In this document: piece after piece, positions 23,281 through 32,443 of the stretch | Numbering within the stretch: the first letter of the stretch is position 1 | Layout: the number at the start of each line of letters is the position of its first letter | Source of the DNA: Candidatus Competibacteraceae bacterium | GTDB taxonomy: Bacteria; Pseudomonadota; Gammaproteobacteria; Competibacterales; Competibacteraceae | DNA: 64,000 nucleotides | NCBI GenBank assembly: GCA_039807445.1 | Contig: JBDHRG010000001.1 | Coordinates: forward strand, 3,367-67,366 | Reading direction: 5' to 3' | Notes under the pieces: generated by a model | Databases searched by the model: none | What the model saw: the letters and a program-made list of their open reading frames with translations, nothing else | Told to the model about the DNA's origin: nothing | Made by a program: the position numbers and the translations under genes

Positions 23281-24447
23281 TCAGCGAACGCCCTGGGCGA
23301 TGGTGTCGAGGATGCGGCGCGCAATCGGCGAGCTGTCGCTCGCCCCCTGCGCCGTCTGCACCAGCACCAGCGTCTGGGCGCCCTGGTCGGCCAGACGCAC
23401 GCGGTAGCGCTGGCCGCTGGCCTGCGGCGCACCCTTGCTGTCGAACCAGCCGGAGAACCAGCCCCCCCCCGACTGCTCGCCTTCCCGGGTGCGGTCGATG
23501 AACTCGACCACATACAGGCCCTGGTTGCGGTCCTGGTCTTCGACGGCGAAGTCGCTGCCGTCGAGCGCCAGCCCGACCAGGCGCCAGCTGCGCGCGTAAT
23601 CCTGGCCGATCACCAGCGCCGGCGCGCCGTTCTGCTGCACGAAGCGCACCGTCGCGGCAGCCGGCGCCGCCTGGTCGCCGCGCGCCGCCTCGGCTCTGGC
23701 GCGCTCGGCATCGGCGCCGAGGAACACCATCAGGCGGCTCAGCATCTCGGCTTCGAGTTCGGGGTCGGTCGGGCGCGGCTGCCAGATCACCTGGCCGTCG
23801 TCGCCGCGGCTGTTGACCGCACCCTTGACCACTTCCTCGACGCCGTAGTGCGTCAGGTAGACGCTGGTCGCGCCGTCGGCGGAGCGCTCGAGGCGCACGC
23901 GGAACTTGTCGCGCGTCGGCGCCGAGTAGGCGAAGTCGATCGCCTTCGACAGCAGCGCGCGGACCGCGTCCTTGGGGATGTCGGCGCGGTTCTCGACCCA
24001 GTCGGTCTCGAGGATGCCGATGCGCGGGTCGTCGCGCTTGATCGCGAAGCCGTTGCTGGTCCAGAAATCCTTGATCTTGCTCCAGACCTGGTCGGCCGGT
24101 GCCTGCACCACCAGCCAGCGCTTGTCGCCCTCGCGCTCGATGTGCATCGCTTGCGGCTGCAGCAGCACGCTTTCGCCGGCGGCGACGCGCGGCGTGGCGC
24201 CGCCGCGCTCGCGGCTGTAGTCGGACAGGCTCGCGGCACGTCCGCCCGGCGCCAGCTCGGGCACTTTCAGCGTGTCGTCGAGAGTCGAGGCGGTCAGGTC
24301 GGGCGGCACTTCGAGCGCGGCGCCGGGTTGCGCCTGGCGGTAATCCGGGCGGCGGTCGGGGATGACGCTGTCGGTGGTGCAAGCCACCAGCAGCGCCGCG
24401 GCCGGCACGAACGCCGCGGCGAGGGTCAGATTCTTGGACAGACGCAT
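23281..24447 (-). CDS. bamC: outer-membrane protein assembly factor BamC (lipoprotein)
   Basis: From ATG at 24447: signal peptide with lipobox LLVAC; WSKIKDFWTSNGFAIKRDDPRIGILETDWVENR is typical BamC/NlpB. Conserved dapA-bamC pairing. Confidence 0.8.
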   Translation of the reverse strand: MRLSKNLTLAAAFVPAAALLVACTTDSVIPDRRPDYRQAQPGAALEVPPDLTASTLDDTLKVPELAPGGRAASLSDYSRERGGATPRVAAGESVLLQPQAMHIEREGDKRWLVVQAPADQVWSKIKDFWTSNGFAIKRDDPRIGILETDWVENRADIPKDAVRALLSKAIDFAYSAPTRDKFRVRLERSADGATSVYLTHYGVEEVVKGAVNSRGDDGQVIWQPRPTDPELEAEMLSRLMVFLGADAERARAEAARGDQAAPAAATVRFVQQNGAPALVIGQDYARSWRLVGLALDGSDFAVEDQDRNQGLYVVEFIDRTREGEQSGGGWFSGWFDSKGAPQASGQRYRVRLADQGAQTLVLVQTAQGASDSSPIARRILDTIAQGVR

Positions 24448-24473
24448 GGTGATCGGTGTGAGTCGCGGAAGGT

Positions 24474-25349
24474 TCAGAGCACGTGCGCCTGGGTCATCGC
24501 CTCGAGCACCGGCGCCTGCGCCGGCTCGGACAGCGCCACCAGCGGCAGGCGGATGCCGCCCTGGATCAGTCCCATCCGCGCCAGCGCCCACTTCGCCGGG
24601 ATCGGATTGGACTCGATGAACAGGCTCCTGTGCAGCCCCGCGAGGCTGGCGTTGATCGCCTCGGCGCCGCGGCGGTCGCCGGCGAGCGCCAGGCGACACA
24701 TCTCGGACATCGCCCGTGGTGCGACGTTGGCGGTCACCGAGATCACGCCCTTGAAGCCCGACAGCATGCTTTCGCAGGCGATGTCGTCGTCGCCGCTGAA
24801 CAGGTCGATGCGCCCGCCGCACAGCGCGACGAGCTCGCGGTTGCGCTCGAGGCTGCCGCTCGCTTCCTTCAGCCCGACGATGTTCGGGATGTCGGCCAGG
24901 CGCCCGACGGTCTCGGGCTTCATGTCGCAGGCGGTGCGCCCGGGCACGTTGTACAGGATCTGCGGGACAGGCACCGCTTCGGCGATCGCCTTGTAGTGGC
25001 GGTACAGGCCTTCCTGGGTCGGCTTGTTGTAGTACGGCGTCACCAGCAGCGCGGCGTCGGCGCCGGCTTCCATCGCCTGGCGGGTCAGCATGATCGCCTC
25101 GGCGGTCGAGTTGGCGCCGGTGCCGGCGATCACCGGGATGCGCCCGGCGACGCGCTTGACCACACGGCGGACGACCTCGATGTGCTCCTCGTAGTCGAGC
25201 GTCGCCGACTCGCCCGTGGTGCCGACCGCGACCAGCGCGTCGGTGCCGTTGTCGAGGTGGAAGTCAACCAGGCGGGCCAGGGCTTCGAAGTCCAGGGCGC
25301 CGTCGGCCGCCATCGGCGTCACCAGCGCCACCATGCTGCCGTGGAACAT
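24474..25349 (-). CDS. dapA: 4-hydroxy-tetrahydrodipicolinate synthase
   Basis: 291 aa. [38 protein letters not shown] are DapA motifs. Confidence 0.95.
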   Translation of the reverse strand: MFHGSMVALVTPMAADGALDFEALARLVDFHLDNGTDALVAVGTTGESATLDYEEHIEVVRRVVKRVAGRIPVIAGTGANSTAEAIMLTRQAMEAGADAALLVTPYYNKPTQEGLYRHYKAIAEAVPVPQILYNVPGRTACDMKPETVGRLADIPNIVGLKEASGSLERNRELVALCGGRIDLFSGDDDIACESMLSGFKGVISVTANVAPRAMSEMCRLALAGDRRGAEAINASLAGLHRSLFIESNPIPAKWALARMGLIQGGIRLPLVALSEPAQAPVLEAMTQAHVL

Positions 25350-25467
25350 GTGCGAGCGTCTCCGCTGAATCCGCTAGGGAAAAGTCCGCCGCATGGTACG
25401 CGGGCGGGCGGGGCGTGACAAGGCACGCGGCTTGCACGCCGAGACCCAGCATGTAAACTCCCGCCGG

Positions 25468-26043
25468 ATGCGCCTGACCCCCATTCCCCCTTCGTTTGCG
25501 GACGCCTCCCCCGTGAAGAACTACCTGGTGATCTCGGCCCTGGGCGAGGACCGCCCCGGTCTGATCGAAGAGCTCAGTCGCCTGATTCTCGACGCCGGCT
25601 GCAGCATCCTCGACAGCCACATCTGCATCTACGGTCAGGAGTGTGCCGCGATGCTGATGGTGCACGGCAACTGGAACACGCTGGCCAAGCTCGAAGCGCA
25701 GCTCAAGCGCGCCGAGACGAGCCTGGGCCTGAGCCTGACGATCAAGCGCACCGCGCCGCGCCAGGCCAGCGCCGACAGCCTGCCGTACACGGTCGAGGTG
25801 GTCGCGCTCGAGCAACCGGGCATCGTCCATAGCCTGGCCGGTTTCTTCAGCGCGCGCGGGATCAACATCGAGGAACTGATCACCCGCTCGTACCCCGCGC
25901 CGCACACCGGCTCGCCGATGTTTTCGCTGAACATGGCGGTCGGCATCCCGGCGACGCTGCACCTGGCGATGCTGCGCGAAGAGTTCCTCGACTTCTGCGA
26001 CGACCTGAACCTCGACGCGGTGATGGAGCCGGTCAAGGGCTGA
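25468..26043 (+). CDS. gcvR: glycine cleavage system transcriptional repressor-like protein (tandem ACT domains)
   Basis: YLVISALGEDRPGLIEELSR..and..VEVVALEQPGIVHSLAGFF are two ACT-like repeats. The dapA/gcvR/bcp neighbourhood matches E. coli. Start uncertain: ATG 25468 or GTG 25513. Confidence 0.75.
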   Translation: MRLTPIPPSFADASPVKNYLVISALGEDRPGLIEELSRLILDAGCSILDSHICIYGQECAAMLMVHGNWNTLAKLEAQLKRAETSLGLSLTIKRTAPRQASADSLPYTVEVVALEQPGIVHSLAGFFSARGINIEELITRSYPAPHTGSPMFSLNMAVGIPATLHLAMLREEFLDFCDDLNLDAVMEPVKG

Positions 26044-26102
26044 GCCGGGCTCGCCCCTCCGCATCCCTTGCCGGCCGCCCCGGCGACGAGAGGAGAGTTT
26101 CA

Positions 26103-26567
26103 ATGACGATCGCGCTCGACCATCCCGTACCCGACTTCAGCGCTGCCGCCAGCGACGGCACGGCGCTGAACCTGTCGGGGCTGCGCGGCCGGCACGTCGT
26201 GCTCTACTTCTATCCGAAGGACGCCACGCACGGCTGCACCACCGAAGGCCGCGACTTCCGTGACTTGCACGCCGCGTTCGCGCAGCTCGACACCGTGATC
26301 CTCGGCGTATCGCGCGACAGCCTGCGCTCGCACGCCAGCTTCAAGGCGCGCGAGGGCTTCCCGTTCGAGCTGCTGTCGGATGCCGACGAGGCGCTGTGCC
26401 GGCTGTTCGACGTGATCAGGCCGAAGAAGCTGTACGGCCGCGAGACGCTCGGCATCGAGCGCAGCACCTTCCTGATCGACCGCGACGGCGTGCTCAGGGG
26501 CGAGTGGCGCAAGGTCAAGGTCAAGGGCCACGCCGCGCAAGTGCTCGAAGCGGTCAAGGCGCTCTGA
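26103..26567 (+). CDS. bcp: thiol peroxidase, Bcp/PrxQ type
   Basis: 154 aa. VVLYFYPKDATHGCTTEG carries the peroxidatic Cys motif, with His in place of the usual Pro. Confidence 0.9.
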   Translation: MTIALDHPVPDFSAAASDGTALNLSGLRGRHVVLYFYPKDATHGCTTEGRDFRDLHAAFAQLDTVILGVSRDSLRSHASFKAREGFPFELLSDADEALCRLFDVIRPKKLYGRETLGIERSTFLIDRDGVLRGEWRKVKVKGHAAQVLEAVKAL

Positions 26568-26647
26568 ACGGTTCCGAGTTCCGGGCTGGAGCCTGCTCCC
26601 GGAACCGGGACGCGGCACTGATCGGGCGTACCGGCACGGGGGCCACC

Positions 26648-28057
26648 ATGGCGAAGAAGAAGACCGACGCCGGCAAGCGGCTGTTCGTGCTCGACACCAA
26701 TGTGCTGATGCACGACCCGACCGCGCTGTACCGCTTCAAGGAACACGACATCTTCCTGCCGATGGTCGTGCTCGAAGAGCTCGACCGCGCCAAGAAGGGT
26801 CGGTCCGAGGTCGCGGCCAACGTGCGCCAGGTCAGCCGCTTCCTCGACGAGCTGATGCACGGCGCCTCGAAGGAAGAGATCGACCGCGGCGTACCGCTGC
26901 CGATGCCGCGCAGCCTCGGCCCCGGCGTGCACCCGAGCGGGCGGCTGTGCTTCCAGACCCGCCCCTACGCGCCGCTGCTGCCGCTGAGCCTGCCCGGCAA
27001 CGTGCCCGACAACGACATCCTCGGCTACGCGATCTCGCTGGCGCAGGAACACCCGAGCGCGCGCGTGACACTGGTGTCTAAAGACATCAACCTGCGCATC
27101 AAGGCGACGATCCTCGGCATCCATGCCGAGGATTACCGCAGCGACCAGGCGCTCGAAGACATCGACCTGCTGTATTCGGGCGCGCGCCAGCTGCCCGCCG
27201 ACTTCTGGGACACGCACGCCAAGGCGATGGACGCCTGGCAGGAAGACGGCCGCACCTTCTACCGCGTCAGCGGCCCCGACATCGAGCACTGGCACGTCAA
27301 CCAGTTCGTGCACCTGCCCGACCCGCCCCAGGAGGCGTACCTCGTGCGCCGGCTCGAGCCGGCCGGTGCGGTGATCGAGCGGCTGCGCGACTACGCGCGC
27401 CATCCGGTGTGGGGCATCCGCGCGCGCAACCGCGAGCAGAACTTCGCACTGAACCTGCTGCTCGACCCGGCGATCGACTTCGTCACGCTGCTCGGCGCCG
27501 CCGGCACCGGCAAGACACTGCTGACGCTGGCCGCGGGCCTGGCGCAGACGCTCGACCAGAATCGCTTTCGCGAAATCATCATGACCCGCGTCACGGTGCC
27601 GGTCGGCGAAGACATCGGCTTCCTGCCCGGCACCGAGGAGGAGAAGATGACGCCGTGGATGGGAGCGCTGATGGACAACCTCGAGGTGCTGGCCGACAAC
27701 CGCGAAGCCGGCGAATGGGGCCGCGCCGCGACCGCCGAGCTGCTGTCGAGCCGGATCAAGATCCGCTCGCTGAACTTCATGCGCGGGCGCACCTTCCAGC
27801 AGAAGTACCTGATCATCGACGAGGCGCAGAACCTGACCTCGAAGCAGATGAAGACGCTGATCACCCGCGCCGGCCCCGGCACCAAGGTGGTGTGCCTCGG
27901 CAACATCGCGCAGATCGACACCCCCTATCTGTCCGAGACCACCTCGGGGCTGACCTACGTCGTCGACCGCTTCAAGGGCTGGCCGCATGGCGGCCACGTC
28001 ACGCTGCTGCGCGGCGAGCGCTCGCGGCTGGCCGACTTCGCCTCGGAGGCGCTCTGA
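26648..28057 (+). CDS. PhoH2-type protein: N-terminal PIN domain fused to PhoH-like ATPase
   Basis: From ATG at 26648: KRLFVLDTNVLMHDP..LPMVVLEELD (PIN acidic residues); Walker A LLGAAGTGKTLL; IIDEAQNL (Walker B). 469 aa. Confidence 0.88.
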   Translation: MAKKKTDAGKRLFVLDTNVLMHDPTALYRFKEHDIFLPMVVLEELDRAKKGRSEVAANVRQVSRFLDELMHGASKEEIDRGVPLPMPRSLGPGVHPSGRLCFQTRPYAPLLPLSLPGNVPDNDILGYAISLAQEHPSARVTLVSKDINLRIKATILGIHAEDYRSDQALEDIDLLYSGARQLPADFWDTHAKAMDAWQEDGRTFYRVSGPDIEHWHVNQFVHLPDPPQEAYLVRRLEPAGAVIERLRDYARHPVWGIRARNREQNFALNLLLDPAIDFVTLLGAAGTGKTLLTLAAGLAQTLDQNRFREIIMTRVTVPVGEDIGFLPGTEEEKMTPWMGALMDNLEVLADNREAGEWGRAATAELLSSRIKIRSLNFMRGRTFQQKYLIIDEAQNLTSKQMKTLITRAGPGTKVVCLGNIAQIDTPYLSETTSGLTYVVDRFKGWPHGGHVTLLRGERSRLADFASEAL

Positions 28058-28060
28058 GCG

Positions 28061-28744
28061 ATGCCGCCCGCGCTGTCGTCGCTCGCCGCCGACCTCGCCG
28101 GCTTCGCCGCGAGCCTGGCGCTGTGGCTCGGCTACCAGGCGTTCCTGCGCGCACGGCTGAAACGCGATCCGGCGTACACGCTCGCCGGGATCAACGTGAT
28201 CGCGCGCAGCGCCTGGATCGAGTGCGTGATGCGCGAGCGGCGCGACATCCTCGCGGTGCAGACGCTGCGCAACTCGACGATGGCGGCGACCTTCCTCGCC
28301 TCGACCTCGATCGTCCTGATCCTCGGCGTGCTGACCGTCGCCGCGCAGAGCGCGGGCAGCGGCGCGGTGTGGCACGCGCTGAACGCCTTCGGCGCGACCG
28401 CGCCCGAAGTGCTGCTGATTAAGCTGATGCCGCTGCTGCTCGATCTGTTCGCGGCCTTCTTCGCCTTCTCGATGTCGATACGGCTGTTCAACCACGTCGG
28501 CTACATGGTCGCGCTGCCGGCCGATGCGCACCCGGCGTTCACGCCGCGCCATGTCGCCGCGCACCTCAACCGCGCCGGGCGCTACTACAGCCTCGGCATG
28601 CGTGCCTACTACCTGCTGGTGCCGCTGGTGTTCTGGCTGTTCGGCCCGCACTTCATGCTCGCGGCGAGCGTGGTCTTGATCGCCGCGCTGCACCACCTCG
28701 ACCGCGCGCCCTCGGTGCCGCACCCGTCCCGGCCGGGACCGTAG
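28061..28744 (+). CDS. DUF599-family integral membrane protein
   Basis: 227 aa, about 4 hydrophobic segments, AVQTLRNSTMAATFLAST motif. Starts 3 nt after the phoH2 stop. The family name is recalled from memory. Confidence 0.65.
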   Translation: MPPALSSLAADLAGFAASLALWLGYQAFLRARLKRDPAYTLAGINVIARSAWIECVMRERRDILAVQTLRNSTMAATFLASTSIVLILGVLTVAAQSAGSGAVWHALNAFGATAPEVLLIKLMPLLLDLFAAFFAFSMSIRLFNHVGYMVALPADAHPAFTPRHVAAHLNRAGRYYSLGMRAYYLLVPLVFWLFGPHFMLAASVVLIAALHHLDRAPSVPHPSRPGP

Positions 28745-28766
28745 CGCGCGGTGCGCGTCTGGTCCC

Positions 28767-29555
28767 TCACCCCGGCCGCTTCGCGCGCGCGAACAGCCAG
28801 ACGCCGAGCAAGACCATCGGCACGCTCAGCCACTGCCCGACGCTGACCGCGTTGCCGGCCTCGTACGCCGCCTGCGGCGTCTTGAAGAACTCCAGCACCA
28901 GGCGCGCGCCGAACACCAGCAGCAGGAACAGCCCGGTCAGCCGCCCGCGCGGCGTCCCGCGGCCTTCGCGGCGATAGACCAGCCACAGAGCCGCGAACAC
29001 CGCCAGGTAGGCCAGCGCCTCGTACAGCTGCACCGGGTGGCGCGGCAACGCATCGACGCGCTCGAACACGAACGCCCACGGCACCGTGCTCGGCTCGCCG
29101 ACGATCTCGGAATTGAGCAGGTTGCCGAGGCGGATGCAGGCGCCCACCAGCGCGGTCGGGATCGCCACGCGGTCGAGCAGCCACAGGTAAGGCTGGTCGG
29201 GGCGCTTGCGCGCGTACAGCCACAGCGCGAGGAACACGCCGGCCCCGCCGCCGTGGCTGGCGAGTCCGCCCTCCCAGACGGCGAGGATCTGCCAGGGATG
29301 GGCGAGGTAGTAGCCCGGATCGTAGATCAGCGTGTGGCCGAGGCGCGCGCCGAGCACGGTGCCGACCATCAGGTACAGCAGCAGCGCGTCGAGGTCTTTC
29401 TCGGGTTTGCCCTCGGCGCGGAACAGGCGCTGCATGATCGCGTAGCCGGCGAGGAAACCGCCGGCGAACAGCAGCCCGTACCAGCGCAGCGCGAAGCCGC
29501 CGATGCGCAGCAGTTCGGGATCGACGTTCCAGTGGATGAAGTGATCGGAACTCAT
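28767..29555 (-). CDS. lgt: prolipoprotein diacylglyceryl transferase
   Basis: From ATG at 29555: LRWYGLLFAGGF, VWEGGLASHGG, RLGNLLNSE, RHPVQLYEAL are Lgt motifs. 262 aa, a short form. Confidence 0.88.
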   Translation of the reverse strand: MSSDHFIHWNVDPELLRIGGFALRWYGLLFAGGFLAGYAIMQRLFRAEGKPEKDLDALLLYLMVGTVLGARLGHTLIYDPGYYLAHPWQILAVWEGGLASHGGGAGVFLALWLYARKRPDQPYLWLLDRVAIPTALVGACIRLGNLLNSEIVGEPSTVPWAFVFERVDALPRHPVQLYEALAYLAVFAALWLVYRREGRGTPRGRLTGLFLLLVFGARLVLEFFKTPQAAYEAGNAVSVGQWLSVPMVLLGVWLFARAKRPG

Positions 29556-29595
29556 CGGGAATCCTTGTTCGAAAGCACCTCGCGTCGGCGCCGGT

Positions 29596-30657
29596 TCACC
29601 TCGCCGGCGCCCTGCCATCGGTCGGCCAGACCTTCAGCACCGCCTGTACCACGGTCGCGAGCGGGATCGCGAAGAACACCCCCCAGAAGCCCCACACGCC
29701 GCCGAAGAACAGCACCGCGACGATGATCGCGATCGGGTGCAGATCGACGACCTCCGAGAACAACAGCGGCACCAGCACGTTGCCGTCGAGCGCCATCAGC
29801 ACCGCGTAGGCGCCGATCAGCCAGTAGAACTCGGTCCCCCAGCCCCACTGGAACAGCGCCACCAGCGCCACCGGCACCGTCACCACCACCGCGCCGAGGT
29901 AGGGCACGATCACCGACAGGCCGACCATGAACGACAGCAGCATCGCGAACTGCAGCCCGAGGAAGGCGAACACCAGGTAGCAGACCGCCCAGTTGATCAG
30001 CACTTCCCAGAACTTGCCGCGCACGTAGTTGCCGATCTGCACGTCGACGTCGCGCCAGACGCGGTCGGCCAGCGCGCGCTGGCTCGGCAGATAGCGCCGT
30101 ACCCAGCCGAGGATGGCGTCCTTGTCCTTCAGGAAGAAGAACACCAGGATCGGCACCAGGATCAGGTACACGAGCAGCGTGATCACCCCGACCACCGAAG
30201 CCAGCGACCAGCTGAAGATGGTCTGGCCGAGGCTCGCCAGTTCGCCCTTGACGATCGCGACCAGTTCGTTGATCTGCGCCTCGGTGATCAGGTGCGGGTA
30301 GCGCACCGGCAGCCCCATCAGCAGCTCCTGACCGCGCAGCAGCATGCTGGGCAGCTGCTGCGCGAGCTGCGTCGCCTGGCGCGACAGCAGCGGCAGCGGC
30401 CCGAACAGCACGAACACCGTGAAGGCGGTGAAGACGAGGAACACCGCCAGCACCGCCGCTCCCCGCGGCACGCCGAGATGCGTCAGCATCCGCACCAGCC
30501 CCTCGAGCAGGTAGGCGAGCACGATGCTCGCGAACACCGGCGCCAGCATCTGCCCGAACAGCAGCACCGCGGCCGAGAGCAGCGCGATCAGCAGCAGCAG
30601 CGCGACCGCCTGCGAATCGTCGAGCACGCGGCGGAACCAGTCGGTGATGAAGTTCAT
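29596..30657 (-). CDS. AI-2E family transporter (PerM/YhhT-like permease)
   Basis: From ATG at 30657: 353 aa polytopic membrane protein with pattern ..VPILVFFFLKDKD...NYVRGKFWEVL...VPYLGAVV.. Confidence 0.85.
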   Translation of the reverse strand: MNFITDWFRRVLDDSQAVALLLLIALLSAAVLLFGQMLAPVFASIVLAYLLEGLVRMLTHLGVPRGAAVLAVFLVFTAFTVFVLFGPLPLLSRQATQLAQQLPSMLLRGQELLMGLPVRYPHLITEAQINELVAIVKGELASLGQTIFSWSLASVVGVITLLVYLILVPILVFFFLKDKDAILGWVRRYLPSQRALADRVWRDVDVQIGNYVRGKFWEVLINWAVCYLVFAFLGLQFAMLLSFMVGLSVIVPYLGAVVVTVPVALVALFQWGWGTEFYWLIGAYAVLMALDGNVLVPLLFSEVVDLHPIAIIVAVLFFGGVWGFWGVFFAIPLATVVQAVLKVWPTDGRAPAR

Positions 30658-30724
30658 GCCTCGGGGTCCTTGCGATCCGTGGTCGGTGGATGGAGTCGGG
30701 CCGGGTGGCCGGCGGTTCACGCGC

Positions 30725-31717
30725 TCAGGGCGCCAGCGGCGGCTCGGCGAGCGTGGCGAGCTGCTCGCGCAGCGCCAGCACCTGCTCTTCCCACCAGCGC
30801 GGGGTATTGAACCACGGGAAGTGATGCGGGAAGGCGGGGTCGCTCCAGCGCCGCGCCAGCCAAGCCGCGTAGTGGATCAGCCGCAGCGCGCGCAGCGGCT
30901 CGATCAGCGCGAGCTCGAGCGGGTCGAAGCCGCGGAACGCCGAATAGCCTTCGAGCAGCGCCGCGAGCTGCGCCTCGCGCTCGACGCGCGGCCCTGACAG
31001 CAGCATCCACAGGTCTTGTACCGCCGGGCCGCTCACCGCATCGTCGAGGTCGACGAAGGCGGGCCCTTCGTCCTCGGCCCACAGCACGTTGCCGGGGTGG
31101 CAGTCGCCGTGCAGGCGGATCGCCTGCGCCCGACAGGCCTCGAACGCCGCTTCGACCGCTGCCAGCAGTTCGGCGCTGACCGAGGTGTAGGCCGGGCGCA
31201 GGTAGTCGGGCACGAAGCCGTGCTCGAGCACGAAGCCGCGCGCCTCGACACCGAAGCGCTGCACCGTCAGCCGTGGCCGGTGGGCGAAGCGCCCTGCGGC
31301 GCCGACCGCGTGCAGCCGCCCGAGCAGCCGTCCGAGCCGCTCGAGCCGGCCGGGGGCCTCGAGATCCGGCCAGCGCCCGCCGCGGCGCGGGAACAGCGCG
31401 AAGCGGAAGGCGTCGATGCGCCGCAGCGTGCGGCCTTCGCCGTCGGCCAGCGGCGCGATCACCGGCAGCTCGGCCGCGGCGAGCTCGGCGGCGAAGGCGT
31501 GCTCTTCCTCGATCGCCGCGTCGGGCCAGCGCCCCGGGCGATAGAACTTGGCGACCAGCGGTGCGCCGTCCTCGATGCCGACCTGGTAGACGCGGTTCTC
31601 GTAGCTGTTCAGCGCCAGGATGCGGCCGTCGGCACGCACCCCCGAGGCTTCGACCGCGGCGAGCACGCGCTCGGGCGTCAGCTCGCGGTAGGCGAGGTTG
31701 GCGTCGACCCCGCGCAT
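30725..31717 (-). CDS. srkA: stress-response Ser/Thr kinase SrkA (YihE/RdoA family)
   Basis: From ATG at 31717: LNSYENRVYQV..VAKFYRPGRW, catalytic loop LHGDCHPGNVLW, FVDLDD. 330 aa. Its ATG overlaps the upstream yajG-like TGA by 1 nt. Confidence 0.85.
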   Translation of the reverse strand: MRGVDANLAYRELTPERVLAAVEASGVRADGRILALNSYENRVYQVGIEDGAPLVAKFYRPGRWPDAAIEEEHAFAAELAAAELPVIAPLADGEGRTLRRIDAFRFALFPRRGGRWPDLEAPGRLERLGRLLGRLHAVGAAGRFAHRPRLTVQRFGVEARGFVLEHGFVPDYLRPAYTSVSAELLAAVEAAFEACRAQAIRLHGDCHPGNVLWAEDEGPAFVDLDDAVSGPAVQDLWMLLSGPRVEREAQLAALLEGYSAFRGFDPLELALIEPLRALRLIHYAAWLARRWSDPAFPHHFPWFNTPRWWEEQVLALREQLATLAEPPLAP

Positions 31718-32292
31718 CAGCGCGCCAGCGCGTCGAGCACGCCGCGGTCGGACAGCAGGCGCTGTAGGGCCTGCGACAGGATCTCGTTGACGATCGCCTC
31801 GTTGGTCTCGCCGCCGGGCGGACCGACCACCTGGCGCGCGCTGTTGGCCCGATACTGGCCGGTGAAGCCGAAGCCGGCGTTGCGCACCACGCCGCGCACC
31901 TCGGCACCGGCGCGCACCTCGTTGACCACCGGCTCGCCGAGGGCGCGGTAATCGATGCGCAGCACCTCGACGCGCAGTTGGACCGGCGCGGCGGCGCCCG
32001 GCGGCGCGAGCTGGAACTGCATCGCCTGCAGCCGCTCGGCGAGCGCGGCGCGCACCGCGCCAGCGACCTCGTTGCGCGGCGCGACCGTGGCCGTGGCGTA
32101 GACGCCGCCGCGCGCGCCGAAGTCCGCCGCCGCACGCTGGTCGACAACCTCGAGCGCGAGCGCCCGACCGTGGCCGATCGCCGGTGCGGCGACATCGAGC
32201 ACCGGGTGGATGCCGATGGTCTGCGGGCTCAGCGCGCACCCCGCCGCGAGCACGGCGAGCAGCGCGGCCAGGCACGGGCCTGCGATCCTCAT
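31717..32292 (-). CDS. YajG-like lipoprotein
   Basis: From ATG at 32292: signal peptide with lipobox LAAGC. 191 aa. Size and layout resemble YajG; the similarity is judged by eye only. Confidence 0.6.
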   Translation of the reverse strand: MRIAGPCLAALLAVLAAGCALSPQTIGIHPVLDVAAPAIGHGRALALEVVDQRAAADFGARGGVYATATVAPRNEVAGAVRAALAERLQAMQFQLAPPGAAAPVQLRVEVLRIDYRALGEPVVNEVRAGAEVRGVVRNAGFGFTGQYRANSARQVVGPPGGETNEAIVNEILSQALQRLLSDRGVLDALAR

Positions 32293-32443
32293 GGCGTTCT
32301 CCTGAATAAGCCTCGATCCACGGCCGCGCAGCATACCCCGGTCGGCGCGGTTTGACAGCCGCGGAGCGTGGCGGCCAAACTCGCTGCACCGGTACAGTCC
32401 TGAACGATGACATCAACCCACAGCACAGTTCGAGAGGCGCGCG

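Noticed and set aside
23462-23470. C9/G9 homopolymer inside bamC as a phase-variation switch.
   Set aside because: The reading frame is intact (EQSGGGWFSGW). A Gly-run encoded by G-rich codons is unremarkable in this composition. It is used only as an internal control for homopolymer accuracy.
21445-24996. Very long ORFs antisense to or overlapping the annotated genes. Examples: 21445..24996(+) 1183 aa, 59945..63343(-) 1132 aa, 35444..36400 5' extension, 26210..28723(-), 41271..43463(-), 3233..5005(-), 12..2225(+).
   Set aside because: Their translations are low-complexity Arg/Ala/Gly/Pro/His-rich strings with no motifs. Each lies opposite or out of frame to an ORF with clear family signatures. 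Stop-codon-poor high-GC DNA routinely produces such shadow ORFs.
26568-26647. Small antitoxin gene upstream of the PIN-PhoH (PhoH2) gene.
   Set aside because: The 80-nt gap after bcp contains only a GC hairpin and no ORF with a start codon and RBS.
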